A program made the translations under genes and the position numbers. 64,000 nt of DNA from Amoebidium appalachense (taxonomy: Eukaryota > Protista > Ichthyosporea). The notes beneath the pieces were generated by a model. That model was given only the letters and a program-made list of their open reading frames with translations. It was not told where the DNA came from and did not search any database. This document shows, piece by piece, positions 1 through 12,172 of this stretch. The stretch is from contig CAVNZM010000007.1 in NCBI GenBank assembly GCA_963693365.1, positions 9,173,962-9,237,961 of the forward strand, in the 5' to 3' direction. Numbering within the stretch: position 1 is the stretch's first letter; each line of letters begins with the position of its first letter.

Positions 1-649
1 CCGGGAATAAAACGTGATAATAATAATAATAAAAAATAATATATAAAACAATGCAAGTGGTTGATATGAGACATGTTATCCCCCCGCCCCCCCAACCGCC
101 AACCCCACCACTCCCCTCCCCTCCCCACCCCTCCCTTCCCCCCCACCGGTACCCACCAGCCCCCACCCTCCCCTCCCCCTCTCCCTCCCTCCCCACTTCC
201 CCAGTGGATCCCCCTCTACCCCCCCCTCCCCCCCTCGAAGGACCATTGCGCAGCCAGGCCGGGGGGGAGAGGGGGACGGGGGGGGGGGGGGGGAGGAGGG
301 GGGGGGGGGGGGACTAAGTCTTGTTAAATGTGCGGGAACCATTAGTAACTATGCTGGATATGTGAAGTGCAGGATAGAGCCTCAGGGCATAGAAGGTGCA
401 GAAAGGTTAAACACCAATGACTTCGATAGGTTCATATGTCAGCCCCTAAAGGTGTAGGGGGTTGGTCGGTGCAAAGAGGATCTGTAGGCCCTCCTCCCCT
501 CCCCCCCTCCCCCCCCCCTTCCCCCGTCTCCACGGCTGTCGCCTCCCCCCATCTCCCACCCCCCTTCCCCACTAAACCTCCTCCCGTTCGTAAACGCTCA
601 TATATCACAAAACTTTTTTTTTTCCTTTTTTTTTTTTCCTTTTTTTTTT

Positions 650-680
<31 letters not shown>

Positions 681-1746
681 GGAGGGGGGGGGGGGGAGGT
701 TGGAGGGCGCCGGGGGGCGAGAAGAAATCTTAATGAACAAACACAAAACATTTCGGCATCACAACTGATTGTATTGCCACAGCACACTGTATCACACATT
801 ATTGGAACAACCGTATCCCATTCTTCATCGTGCCGGCCCTGCCCCCCCCATCCCCCCCCCCCGGGGCCCTTCACCCTCGGGCCCTCCTCCCCGCCCCCCT
901 CCCTCCCCCTCCCCCCAACCCAACCCAACCCAACCCACCCATCCACCCGCCGACCCACCCACCCACCCCCCCTTGCTCCCCCCAAGGGGCTGCGACCTCC
1001 AGAACCACACCATCACTTCAGCCCGAGGAGCGTTACCCAAAAGTGCAAAACGATTAATGAAATTCTTGGGATGATTTGTTCAAATCGGATCCGGATTGTG
1101 ACCGTAAGGAATCCCCATACGCATACTGGATCCTCCACCTCTCCTCCTCCATTCCATAACACACACACACACACACACACACATACCAAAAAAAAAAAAA
1201 AAAAAAAAAGTGTGAATGAATGGGGGAGGGGGGGGAGGGGGGTTGCCACCAGGGGGAGGTTGGAAGGGAGGAGTGACGGGGGCTGCGGGAGTGAATCACT
1301 GTATATTGGGAGATAACTTTTGTAATTTCGGCAGTAATGAAGGTGACTGAGTCTCATGCACTGCACTTGGCGATACTCCATTTCCACGAATCGGTATCGG
1401 ACGTTAGAAAACGCACTTCCGAATAACCCTCCGTACTGTTAACGTACCACCACTCAGGCCCATTAGGAAAAGATCATGTGCAATGCCACGGCACGGGTTG
1501 TCTTTTGCACAAATCCGTGTAGATAATGAGCCCATCGAGCCTCAAGGCCAACCCCCCTCCCCACTCCTTCCCCCCTCCCCCCCCCCCCCCCCCCCCCCCC
1601 CCCTCCCCACCCCCCCATCCCCTTCCCCCTCCCTTCCCCACTCCCCCTCCTCATTTCCCACCTTTTTTGTTGCCATGCAGGATATTCGATTCTGTCCTCC
1701 CGCCCCCCTCCCCCACCCCCCACTTGGGTGTGTCATGGGGAGGGGG

Positions 1747-1783
<37 letters not shown>

Positions 1784-2208
1784 GAGGGGGGGGGGGGGGG
1801 GGGGGGGAAGGAAAAAGAGGAGGAGGGGGTGTACGTGTGGTTAGAGTATCGGGGAGGGGTGGAGGGGGCCGAGGGGGGTTTCATCACGTACCTCACTGAC
1901 AGAATATCCCAATGGATATCGTTGCTCCGAAAATTCCGGTCCCCTTCTGCCCTCCCTCCCCCCTCCCCACCCTTCTCATTTCCCCCCCTTCTTCCCCCTC
2001 TCATCCCCCCCCCCCCCCTTCCCTCCCTCCCACCGTCCCCACGACATGAAAACTGCCCATCTTCCTAACCCTGGTTTCGTATGAAGTAAGATAAGGCCCA
2101 TGTTTCTGTCTTTGGACAAGCAATGCAACATGCTCCGAGTCGGGCTAGTATAATGGGCCTGTTTTCTGTGGACGCCTGTTATGTAAACTTTTAAGAGAAA
2201 GTAAACAA

Positions 2209-2242
<34 letters not shown>

Positions 2243-2366
2243 TATGGTGAGAAAATAATGCTTGTCGGACAAGTTGAGTTGGCATGCTGTACACGATGAT
2301 CATGACACATCTACACCAACCAATTTTACTAAAATCTGCAGTAATTGAGTTGTGCCCATTACCAAA

Positions 2367-2407
<41 letters not shown>

Positions 2408-2431
2408 ACCACCACCACCACCACCACAAAA

Positions 2432-2472
<41 letters not shown>

Positions 2473-4874
2473 AAAAACTACATGCGTGCAATCATATAGT
2501 GCATTATAAAAGGTAGTCGTGCTATTCGTGTTGGTCCATCAAGGTGACTTGCTGCACATTTCCGACCGTAGGTTTTTGAGTGACACCGATAACGAAAGTG
2601 TCTGGCTTGCTTGCCGCGTGATAGGGCCCAGTTGGCATACGCACTTGCTCGCCTGCCTGCCCACGCCTACGCCACACTTTTTACGATAGGGAGCCCCTAC
2701 GTCTGTCAGTGTGTGTGTCTGTCCATCACCATAGCATACGTGAGGCCTTCATCACTTTCCCATGCATTTTCCCATGTCAACAAGCCGTTCCTCCGGTTGC
2801 GCAGTACGCTTGTTTCTTTAATCAGAGGGTGAACCCTACAGAGAGACCTGCCAGGTCTAGATCTTCGGTATATCCTTTCGACATTTCGAAAGTGGTACGT
2901 GGCTATGCCTACGTGCCATGCCCACTGCACTGTGATGCATGTTGCACAAAGTCACTGGGCCCAGGGAAGACTTTTTACTTGCTTGCCACTTCTTTAAACC
3001 CCCGCATGTGAACATATATACCACATGGTATACACAGACTTACCACAAATGGTAGTAGAAAGCTAGTTCGATATGAGCAAGAGTCCAAATACTTTCTTGT
3101 GCATGTGCCAATGGCATAATAAATATATCTATCGGAAGTACACACTAAAACTATTACTAACTCGTGGTCACTATTCTTGGAAGACAAATCTGACATGATA
3201 TAACGTCCAATATGATATGAACGCTAACTTGCTAAGCCTTCGACAGTCATGTTAGCCAAAACCCGCACGCGTGTTCCCTGCCTGGTTTATCTGTACAGTG
3301 GACCCGCGTCCGCACGACGTCCGCGCGTATGCATATCGAGTAAACAGCGTACTGCGTATGCGTATGTTAACTACGTACATGAATGAGTCATGCTGAGGGG
3401 TGCATTTGTTCAATTGTTCATAAAACCAAGTGTAGAAACTAATAAGCTTATCGCCCATCTCTTCCAGCTGCAGGTACTGGTGTACAGATGAGCTGTACAG
3501 ATGACAGATGCAGTTGAGTCAATGCGGACAACCAGACGAACGGCGTGGGTCTGCCTATAATTGGGCCGTGTGTCGTCTGTCGAGGCCCTAGGGTAAATGT
3601 ATAAATGTACATAAACATGAGTACCAGGCATCTGTGAAGCTACTCTGTGCATGTTGAGAGCACGTGCACGGGGGTACATTTTTAAATTTTTTCAGCTAAA
3701 TCTGTGTTCGTGTGTGCACGTGCAGCCTAAAGGCCTTGTTAGGCCGAACACCGGCATGCGCGTCGGTGTAATTAGTACCTGGCCTTCTTCGAACGGTATC
3801 CAGGCAATTATTAAATGAGAAACATGTACAAAAAGGGAGTGGAAGAGAAAAAGAACCTATACTGTATATGTTTTTCCATAACTAACTTTACCATGACTTT
3901 GTCGATGGCAGCAGCAGTTACCTAAGCGTTTACTAAGGCACCTGACTGACACTATCAAGGGAACCTCTTGCAGCTTGCTACCTTTGAGTTACAGGGATCC
4001 AATCAGATGGTCTACAAAATGCAACCAATCGGAACTCGCTGATATCTTCAATGCGCACATCAACCAGGGTTTGAAGGTAACGGTGGAGCCCATTACATAA
4101 CGGAAGTCGAAATCCCGTTTCGGAAAACCTCTTCGAAAATCGGAATGCTCCGTCGGAGCAGGCCCACCAAAAATCGCGATTCGTAATCGTCGCGCATCAG
4201 TAAACTAGGGCCTGCTTATCTGTGCCTATATTGCATCAAAATGTAATTATAATGCATACTCAAAAACCCCTGTGGTTATTAGAGGCCTTCCTGGTGCTGG
4301 CAGTTGAAGCTTTGAAGGAATAAAAGGGAAATATGAAGTGCATTAATACACAATATATATATATACTTTGTCTACGTATATACGTACGGTCACGTCCTCT
4401 TACACGTATGTGCGGCAGTGCCAGTGTATATGAGGATATATACTATGTGTGCATATGTATCTAGTTCCTGTGTGTGTCACTGTGTCCGTGGCCTTATTTT
4501 TTCCCAGTGCACGCATTTTCTTTTATTTGATGAACATGATCATGAATCATGTTACTAGCAGAGGTATTAGTTTACGCAATTTGTGCCTTCCCCGATTCGG
4601 ATTGGGTCCCTGAACCAGCCAATTTGAGCTGTTCAAATGACCAATCAAACCGCATCCTGCAACCTATATATACATGTGGGGTTTACGCTGTTTACTCGAG
4701 GCAAAGAGAACCAGTCTCAGGTATGGGGGGGGGGGGTTTTGCTCGGAATATCCCCTCAGCGGTATATCATGATCACGTACATAGATGTCGGGTGGTGACT
4801 ATATATCAGGGTTTACTTTCTCTACGAGACACCATAAAGACTACAAGGAGAAATCAATTAGTTGGGGTTCCCCG

Positions 4875-4907
<33 letters not shown>

Positions 4908-4939
4908 GGGCTCCCCTCGGGACACTCGGTATCAGCTGG

Positions 4940-4990
<51 letters not shown>

Positions 4991-5008
4991 TGTGTGTGTG
5001 TGCGCGTG
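4940..5008. repeat. (TG)n microsatellite abutting the RT stop codon
   Basis: Reads as (CA)n immediately after the RT TAG on the - strand. A second TG-rich tract at about 7501-7560 lies at the RT 5' end, and a T-run at about 4875-4902 would be poly-A on the RT strand. Confidence 0.9.
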
Positions 5009-5010
5009 CG

Positions 5011-7497
5011 CTATAATTTTGTAGTGATGTGTTTCTCAAGCCAATCAATACATCTAATAAACAGGTCGTAGTTACACGTGTTTAGTATAAAATCAAGGAT
5101 GTTGTAATTTACAGGTAGGCTATCTTTCTGGGTGTCTGTTGTGAATGTGACGTGTGTGTGTTGCGGTATTATGTGGTCTATCAAACTACATTTGGCGATA
5201 CATGACCGGTTAAACTGGTGTGTGTGTGTGTTGTTTGGGCATGCAAATGATGCCACCTTATACTTATTAGATCTCCACTGTATAGCACGTGTACAGTAAA
5301 AGCGTGGTAATTGATCAATAATACCATCAGCTAGAGAAAGACCAGTTCTACAGGAAGGTAATATGTATTTAGGTGTTATACACTTGCGAGTGCCATATTT
5401 GGCAATATGGTTGAGGCGGTCAGTATATATAAAACGAGACATAAGGCTTAGTTTTTCAAGGTGTATGCTTTCATCGGGTCTAGTGTCGTGTGGTATCTTT
5501 TTCCATTTGTTATATTGCGTGATTATCTTGTGATTGTGTACATGTTTAATAAGTAAGTGGCAGTCCAAAGTCACACACACACTATTGCGGGGTTTATTTG
5601 TATTTGTGCCCAGGGGAGAAGGGGAGAGAGAGGGGAGGAAAGAGGGGAGAGGTGAGGAGGGGACAGGTCGGATAGAGAAGAGAGGGTGGGAGGGCAAATA
5701 CTTCTTTAAGCGGCTTATGTGCTTATTGAATTTCAGCGCGAGATAGGATACTCTAGCAGCTATTGGGACCAGACCATATATCGAGAGCGTTACAGGCCCA
5801 GGTTTACAACAGTTGTTAGATAGAAAGGAGGCAACTTCTGCTTCAAGGAAATTTGCCAAGGGTTTAAGCGCTCTAGTTCTCTCTTTCTTGATCCAAGCGG
5901 CGAGAAGGGGTAAACCATATTCACATGCCGGGAAGACAAAAGTGCGAATAAATGTAAGTCTAATAGAAGGATGGAGGGGTGTGTCTTTAAAAATATTAGC
6001 CGAGAAGAAAGCTAACCGCTTACGAGCCAACTCTACCCTCTTTTCGACCATATGGGGAAACATAACACCAACAGAATCAACCGGAACACCAAGATATTTG
6101 TATTCTGGAACTATAGGTACAGGTTTAGATGATAATGTAAATGTGTGTAAATTGTTAGCTATATCAGGTACAAGAACACCACATTTGTCTATGTTAAGGA
6201 TCATAAGGTTTGCCTTGCACCACTCTGACACTACATCGAACAATCTTTGCAGGCGTCTAGGGGTACGGGCAAGGAGGGACAGATCATCAGCATAGAGAAG
6301 TGCAGGCGGAAAGTTATTAATAGGGTCATCGTTTTCGGCGTAAATCTTGACAGCCAAATCATCTATAAATAGGTTAAACAAAAAGGGGCTAAGCAATGAA
6401 CCCTGCAAGAGACCTCTAGTACGAGCAAAACCATATGAAAGATGCCCATTAACCACAGCTCTACCATAGGTTTGAGACAAGAGTGCTTCTATGCAGTGTG
6501 GTACACCCCGTGCAGCAAGCTTTTCCCATAGGAGACCAGGGGAGACAGAATCGTAAGCAGTTTTCCAATCAATAAAGCCAACATATTGTGCACCAACTTG
6601 CATAGAATCGTGCAGTGCCATTATTTGAACATAACATGAATTGTTTTTACGAAAAGCGGATTGGCATGGGTGTATGTGAAGAATAGATTGAAACCTAGGG
6701 TGATGTGCAAATAACCTAAGTAAGCAAGCTTCAAAGAATCTACGAACAACCTGGGTTAGTGTAATGGGGCGAAAGGATGATATGGGGCCCTCAGAGTCCT
6801 TCTTAACTATGGGGATCACTAAGGTATCTAACCAAGATGACGGGACATGTCCACATTTAACACACCAAGAAAAGAGAGAGCTTAACATGATAGTAAGATC
6901 AGGTTTAATAGCACGATCACTTTCCTTTTGTGGGTAGGAGGGAACAAGGATTTTAAGAAACCCAGCAGGGAGTCCATCAGGTCCACAAGACTTACTAGAG
7001 CTATAACTAGATATCACAGACCATATGGCATCGGGACTGAAAAAGGGGAGGATCGATTCTATGGGGATAGATGGGTCTACAGGCCACACAATAGGTTTCT
7101 GAGCGGGGGTCCTATCTTTAAACAGTTCCGAGAAATACTTATCAGAGTCTATGAGGGGGTCTCCAGTGGTATCACCAATAATACGAGCAGGGGGGCCAAA
7201 TCGATTCATACTAGCAAGCCGGCGCAAGCTTTCCTTTTGAGACAGGGGTTCACCTAGTCTAGCGGGAGTGGTGTTTGGTAACAAGAGAGCATCGGGATAT
7301 TCCTTCCTACCACCGCCAGCATAATCACCGAGATCTATCAAATCATCAACAATAAAGTTAGTGCATGTATCTAGTACGAGATGTGAATCTGGCCTGGCTT
7401 GTGCAGATTCTAATAGGCGCATATATATAGGGTGTGCAGGCATATGCATTGTATGTTCATGTGGCCATGCATGGCTATGATGCATATGTGGTGTCAC
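5011..7497 (-). CDS. Non-LTR retrotransposon-type reverse transcriptase, no endonuclease domain recognised
   Basis: Uninterrupted 828-aa ORF (GTG start in the track; frame open up to 7626). Motifs: KSCGPDGL, PIVKK..FRPITL, QSAFR, FIDWKTAYDSV, GLLQGSLLSPFLFNLFIDDL, YADD, LNIDKC, YKYLGV. C-terminal Cys/His cluster (ACPNNTHTHQFNRSCIAKC). No APE or PD-(D/E)xK motifs seen. Confidence 0.93.
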   Translation of the reverse strand: MTPHMHHSHAWPHEHTMHMPAHPIYMRLLESAQARPDSHLVLDTCTNFIVDDLIDLGDYAGGGRKEYPDALLLPNTTPARLGEPLSQKESLRRLASMNRFGPPARIIGDTTGDPLIDSDKYFSELFKDRTPAQKPIVWPVDPSIPIESILPFFSPDAIWSVISSYSSSKSCGPDGLPAGFLKILVPSYPQKESDRAIKPDLTIMLSSLFSWCVKCGHVPSSWLDTLVIPIVKKDSEGPISSFRPITLTQVVRRFFEACLLRLFAHHPRFQSILHIHPCQSAFRKNNSCYVQIMALHDSMQVGAQYVGFIDWKTAYDSVSPGLLWEKLAARGVPHCIEALLSQTYGRAVVNGHLSYGFARTRGLLQGSLLSPFLFNLFIDDLAVKIYAENDDPINNFPPALLYADDLSLLARTPRRLQRLFDVVSEWCKANLMILNIDKCGVLVPDIANNLHTFTLSSKPVPIVPEYKYLGVPVDSVGVMFPHMVEKRVELARKRLAFFSANIFKDTPLHPSIRLTFIRTFVFPACEYGLPLLAAWIKKERTRALKPLANFLEAEVASFLSNNCCKPGPVTLSIYGLVPIAARVSYLALKFNKHISRLKKYLPSHPLFSIRPVPSSPLPSFLPSLSPSPLGTNTNKPRNSVCVTLDCHLLIKHVHNHKIITQYNKWKKIPHDTRPDESIHLEKLSLMSRFIYTDRLNHIAKYGTRKCITPKYILPSCRTGLSLADGIIDQLPRFYCTRAIQWRSNKYKVASFACPNNTHTHQFNRSCIAKCSLIDHIIPQHTHVTFTTDTQKDSLPVNYNILDFILNTCNYDLFIRCIDWLEKHITTKL

Positions 7498-9107
7498 GGC
7501 TGTGTGCGTGTGAATGTGTGTGTGTGTGTGTCTGTGTGTGCGTGTGTGTGTGCGCGCGCGCGTGGCCGTGTGTGCATAAATGTGTTTGGTGTGACAACAT
7601 GTACATGTGCTACGCCGGCGCTGTAGTCAGGGTCTGCCATTGAACATTCAACAGGGAAAGGCCTAGGGAGACACGTACGTACGTGTGCAGCTTGTGTGGG
7701 TGGTGTATGCCCCGTGTATGATGAGACCTGCGAAATCATGAGAAGCTTCCCCACGGGGGCCGCGGGGGGGGGGGGGGGGGGGAGGGGGGGGGGGGGGGGG
7801 GGGGGGGGGAGGGGGGGGGATTCGGCCGGGACGATTTTCGGAACTGTAAATATTGGAAATTCCGATTTTTTGTAACTTCGAACCCTGACATCAACCATTC
7901 CGGTGGCTCACGTACCCAACAGACTGAGGAGTACATAAAGGGCCAGATTCGCCTCAGTTTTCCAGTATCTTTGTTATGGCGACTGGGCATGGCGTATGTT
8001 CTTAGAACACGCCTGTCACCGCCCTATGTCGACCTTCTCTCTGTGAAAAGTCGTCACCTTTATCTTCCCCTGCCAACGTCGTAAGTGGCCGTCATCATCA
8101 AAGGTAAGACATATGCTCGCCAAGCTTGCTCGCCATCGAAGCCAGAGTAGATGTCTACAAAAACCTTTCATGTCCATCTCGTCACCCATCAGTGGTACTG
8201 CTGTACGTATAAGTTGTTTCGGAATAGCCTAAAGCTTGGTGTATCTACTTAGTATCTTGTGTTCATAATGTAGTTCTCACACGACCGTTGGTAGCTGGGT
8301 GCTGAGAGTTGTTGTGTCCATTCCAAGTAAATCTTGTTGTATGTTTATGTACGGTACTGTACCTCTTGCATCTAGGGCTCAAAACGAGGAGAGAATGTGT
8401 AGAAGGAGCGCTTTAACTGAATGAGTCCTTGCCTATGTATATTACAACGGTATAGAAACACGGTGCACTATTTGCAGTCTCCTGCATCACCTATTTGTTA
8501 AAGGAGATACAACACAAACTCAACTAATAACTGCACATTTGCCCCCAACACAGCTTATGCGCACTCCCGACCATCAACATGGCCAACCAACTCCATCTTT
8601 GCGAGTCTATGGCCCGGATTTTGAACCAACCACCAACGAGTTGTGCACAGCGACCGTCAACGGCCTATGTGGGACTGGGTGGCTTCACACACCAACACAC
8701 GGCAGACAGGTAAAAAAAAAAAAATGAAATTACAGTACCACACTGAGTGTATGAAATGAACGAGTCAGAATACAAACCAACGAATACCTGTGTTGCTGCT
8801 ATACTTCCCTGTGGGTTCTGTGCACATTATCCAAAACCAAGTACAGTACTCTTCTATTTCTTCATGTGTATTTCTAACACTGCGTGTTCTATGCAGTATT
8901 CATAACTTAAATCACTGTACATGCCTAGTCAGGCTAATTGCCGTAAGAAAACATTGACTGACCTATCCGTACAGCCGTCGGAATTCGCTGTCGACCGTAC
9001 CGGCTAGCCCCCTTCTCAACGAAATAGACAACATTTTCTTTCCCTCGCTTTTTTCGGCCAATCAACAGCTTCTCTTAAATTTAAACCTGGCCAATCAAAA
9101 TGCGCTG

Positions 9108-9449
9108 ATGAATCAACGTGCAACGGAAAGTTGGGCTGCAAATATCTACAACCAAATGAACCAGAGCCCCCTTTCCAGCCCTGCGGCCGTTTCTGGCTCC
9201 CCCCTTTCTCCTCTGTGTTCCTCGACCGATTGGGGAATGTCTCTGGAAGGGGAATGGGATGCAAGACCCTATGGGCTGGCTGGATTAGAATTCAACGACG
9301 AGCTGCCATTGGGCAACGGGGATAAATCATTCTCCGGATTGAAGGAGAGACGCGACAGCGGGGTCAGCCTCGAATCTCTCCGAGAGCCCATGTCCTCCGC
9401 AAGCCACCATTTCTTGCAGCCACAGGAACCCTCGGGTACAAATCCCCCC

Positions 9450-9480
<31 letters not shown>

Positions 9481-9622
9481 AATTAAAAAACAAAAAAACA
9501 AAACAAAAAAAACACCGCATCCACCCACCCACTTGCCCACCCCCACCCCACTCCAACCCCATCCACCCGCCCCGCCCACTCACCCACCTCCCGCCCTAAA
9601 TCTCAAAAATGCACATGTGCGT

Positions 9623-9709
<87 letters not shown>

Positions 9710-10172
9710 ACGTCGTGTCCGAAAAATTGTCAACATGAAAATGATTGGGAAAAAGACATCATTTTCAGGCAACTTGTACACGTTTTGAGTTAGGTTTGTA
9801 AGTATTCATATGGTAGGTGAGTGTTTGTAACGAGAAATACTATTAGTGAAGAAATAAATGAAGAAGTGCGGCAATTCTGAGTTTGCCCTTGATGGATGTT
9901 ATGTAACCAATATGTGCTTTGGGCATCCAAGCACCGAGGGAAAAACCATCCTCTAAAATCGACTCAAGCTCCCCGCTCTTTCCTACTCGACTTCTTGCCT
10001 GCTAAATCTATCCCTTATCATGACCCCATCCTCCCCCCCTCCGCTCCCCCTCTCACTTCCTCTACTGCCTCCCACTTTCTCTCACTTGCCTATCCCGTTC
10101 ATTATAAATCTTTTTGGGTGCCTTCCTCCCTCCAGAAAAATAAAAAAACCCTCTTCCCACCCCCTCCCCTCC

Positions 10173-10210
<38 letters not shown>

Positions 10211-11985
10211 AACACAGCCAGTAACAAGTTCTCCGTTGCCGACTTCATATCTACCCTGGACATCCGCAATTCAGACATGATGTCTTTTTCCAACCAACAT
10301 AAACCCAATCCCACCACCGAACCAGCCACCTGCGTGGAAACCAGCAAGAGGAAAGTGGACGATGGACATATGGCGCTGCACCGCACAAAGAAGCAACGGC
10401 CCACCCCTCCGGCCACACCAACACAGCCAGAGCCCAGTGAGGCCAACAATGTGGTTGCAAAAAAGGTATTAGCAAGCAACCCCCCCCCCCCCCCCCCCTC
10501 CCCCCCCCCCCCCCCCACCACCACCACCACCATCCCAGCTCACACACACGCACACACGCCGACACAAACAAACAATATCACCCTGCCATCCCCCATTTCC
10601 CTTTCCTTGCCCACCCACCCACCTTACCCACTCCTTTTTGGCTATGTGTCCCCCCCTCCCCCCGTGAAGATGATATCATGGAACTTCTCCCTCCCCCCCC
10701 CCCCCCTCCCACCCCCCTCTTCACCCCCCCCTTCCCCCCCCCCCCTCCGTCCAAAAACCTCCAAAAAACAAGAAAGTTAGTCCCCGACCCCCGCCGCCCC
10801 TCCCCCTCCCCGCCCCCACCCTACCCGCACCCCTCTCCCATCCCTCCCCCGCCAAAATGTAGTTCACCCACAAAAATGGATCTGTCAGAAGTGTTTCCCA
10901 TATTCGCATGGCTCGCACCAGCTCAAAGGGTATCATAGTGCCCGCAACTTTCGAATTTATTTGCCACCCTCTTTACACTTCTCAAGGCATAAGAAACAAG
11001 TCACCCTTCACTAAACCTTTTCAACTGCACCCTTCCAGGAATCAGCCCACACGGGCACTGATCTTCTCCCCCGTGCCATGCTCCTCAATGCGGGCCTGTG
11101 GGAGGATTTCCATCGCCATGGCAACGAGATGATCATCAGTGCACGTGGTCGCAGCATGTTTCCTGTCCTGCGATTGGCTGTGTCCGATCTCGACCCCCAA
11201 AGGCTCTATGCTGTGTGGGTGGTGCTCAAGAAGACAGCAGACACAGTGAGTCCGCCCCTCCTCCCCCCCCCCTCCCCTCACCACCACCACCACCACACAC
11301 ACACACACAACCCCGCTCCCTCGCACTCCCTTCCCTCCTTCCCCATAACTACTCCCCCCCCCCCCCCCCCCCCCCCCCCACCCACCCACCCCTGCAACCA
11401 TACCCTAATACCTAGAGTACCCCTATTGTCTGCTTCCTCTCCGGCCATCATTTTCGTGCTCCATTCCCCTTACCTTCGTTTCCCCAGCCACCCCCCCCCC
11501 CCCCCCCTTTCCCACCCCCCCACCCCCTCCACCCCCTCATTCCCCCTGCCTCCCATTTACTCAAGAAATCGGATACCCCTGATTTAGCATACCATCACCC
11601 GGTGATTACCTTGGCTAATATCCACACCCCCCCCCTCCCCCCCCCTTCCCCTCTACAGCCGTTCAAGTGGAATTCATCCACCCGTGAGTGGGAGGCCGAC
11701 CCGACCCCAAGCGAGTGCACCGATGACAGTGGCCACATGGCCACATTTGTGCACCAAGAATCCCCCACAATGGGTATGTGCCCCCTCCCTTCTCCATCCC
11801 CCCCCAGAACCAACCACCCACCCACCCACCCACCCACCTGGCAGCCGCCCAAAACATGCACACCTCAACCTACCCCCTCCCCAAAAGCTCGCCCGCATGC
11901 GCAAAGTGAGATACAGAATTGGAAGACATGCATGCCATTCTCAAAAAAGTATGGATGACCAGGTAGGATTGCTGCCTGTTCCCGC

Positions 11986-12023
<38 letters not shown>

Positions 12024-12141
12024 ACTACCCACCCACCCACCCACCCACCCAACCCACCACCCCACCCCTCCCCCTACTTCAACAGTCTTTGCGGTTACAA
12101 TTTCGATATAGCAGAGCATAAATAGTCTGACCTTTGTTCAT

Positions 12142-12172
<31 letters not shown>

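Larger units (their letters stand above)
4065..7887. mobile_element. Non-autonomous hAT-like TIR DNA transposon (8-bp TSD) carrying a reverse transcriptase ORF
   Basis: Left end CAGGGTTTGAAGGTA (from 4065); right end reverse-complement CAGGGTTCGAAGTTA (ends 7887), 13/15 match. Identical 8-bp flanks ACATCAAC at 4057-4064 and 7888-7895. AAAATCGGAAT and TTCGGAA motifs recur in both subtermini. Short CAG-starting TIRs with an 8-bp TSD are typical of hAT. No transposase ORF inside. Confidence 0.85.

Noticed and set aside
51-2491. Many Pro/Gly/Lys/His-Thr-rich ORFs here and throughout the window
   Set aside because: They are translations of poly-C/G, poly-A/T and (CA)n/(GA)n tracts with no domain motifs.
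2706-2930. Minus-strand ORF with chromodomain-like words (VERIY..LLTWENAWESDEGL)
   Set aside because: The resemblance is limited to a few residues and no gene or element context supports it.
7717-7745. Hammerhead-like ATGATGA-GACCTGC-GAAA near the RT 5' end
   Set aside because: It lacks the conserved C of CUGANGA and the stem III/UH cleavage site, and lies antisense to the RT.
9105-9135. CTGATGA...GAAA hammerhead-like core
   Set aside because: Stem II cannot form, and it overlaps the predicted T-box start codon.
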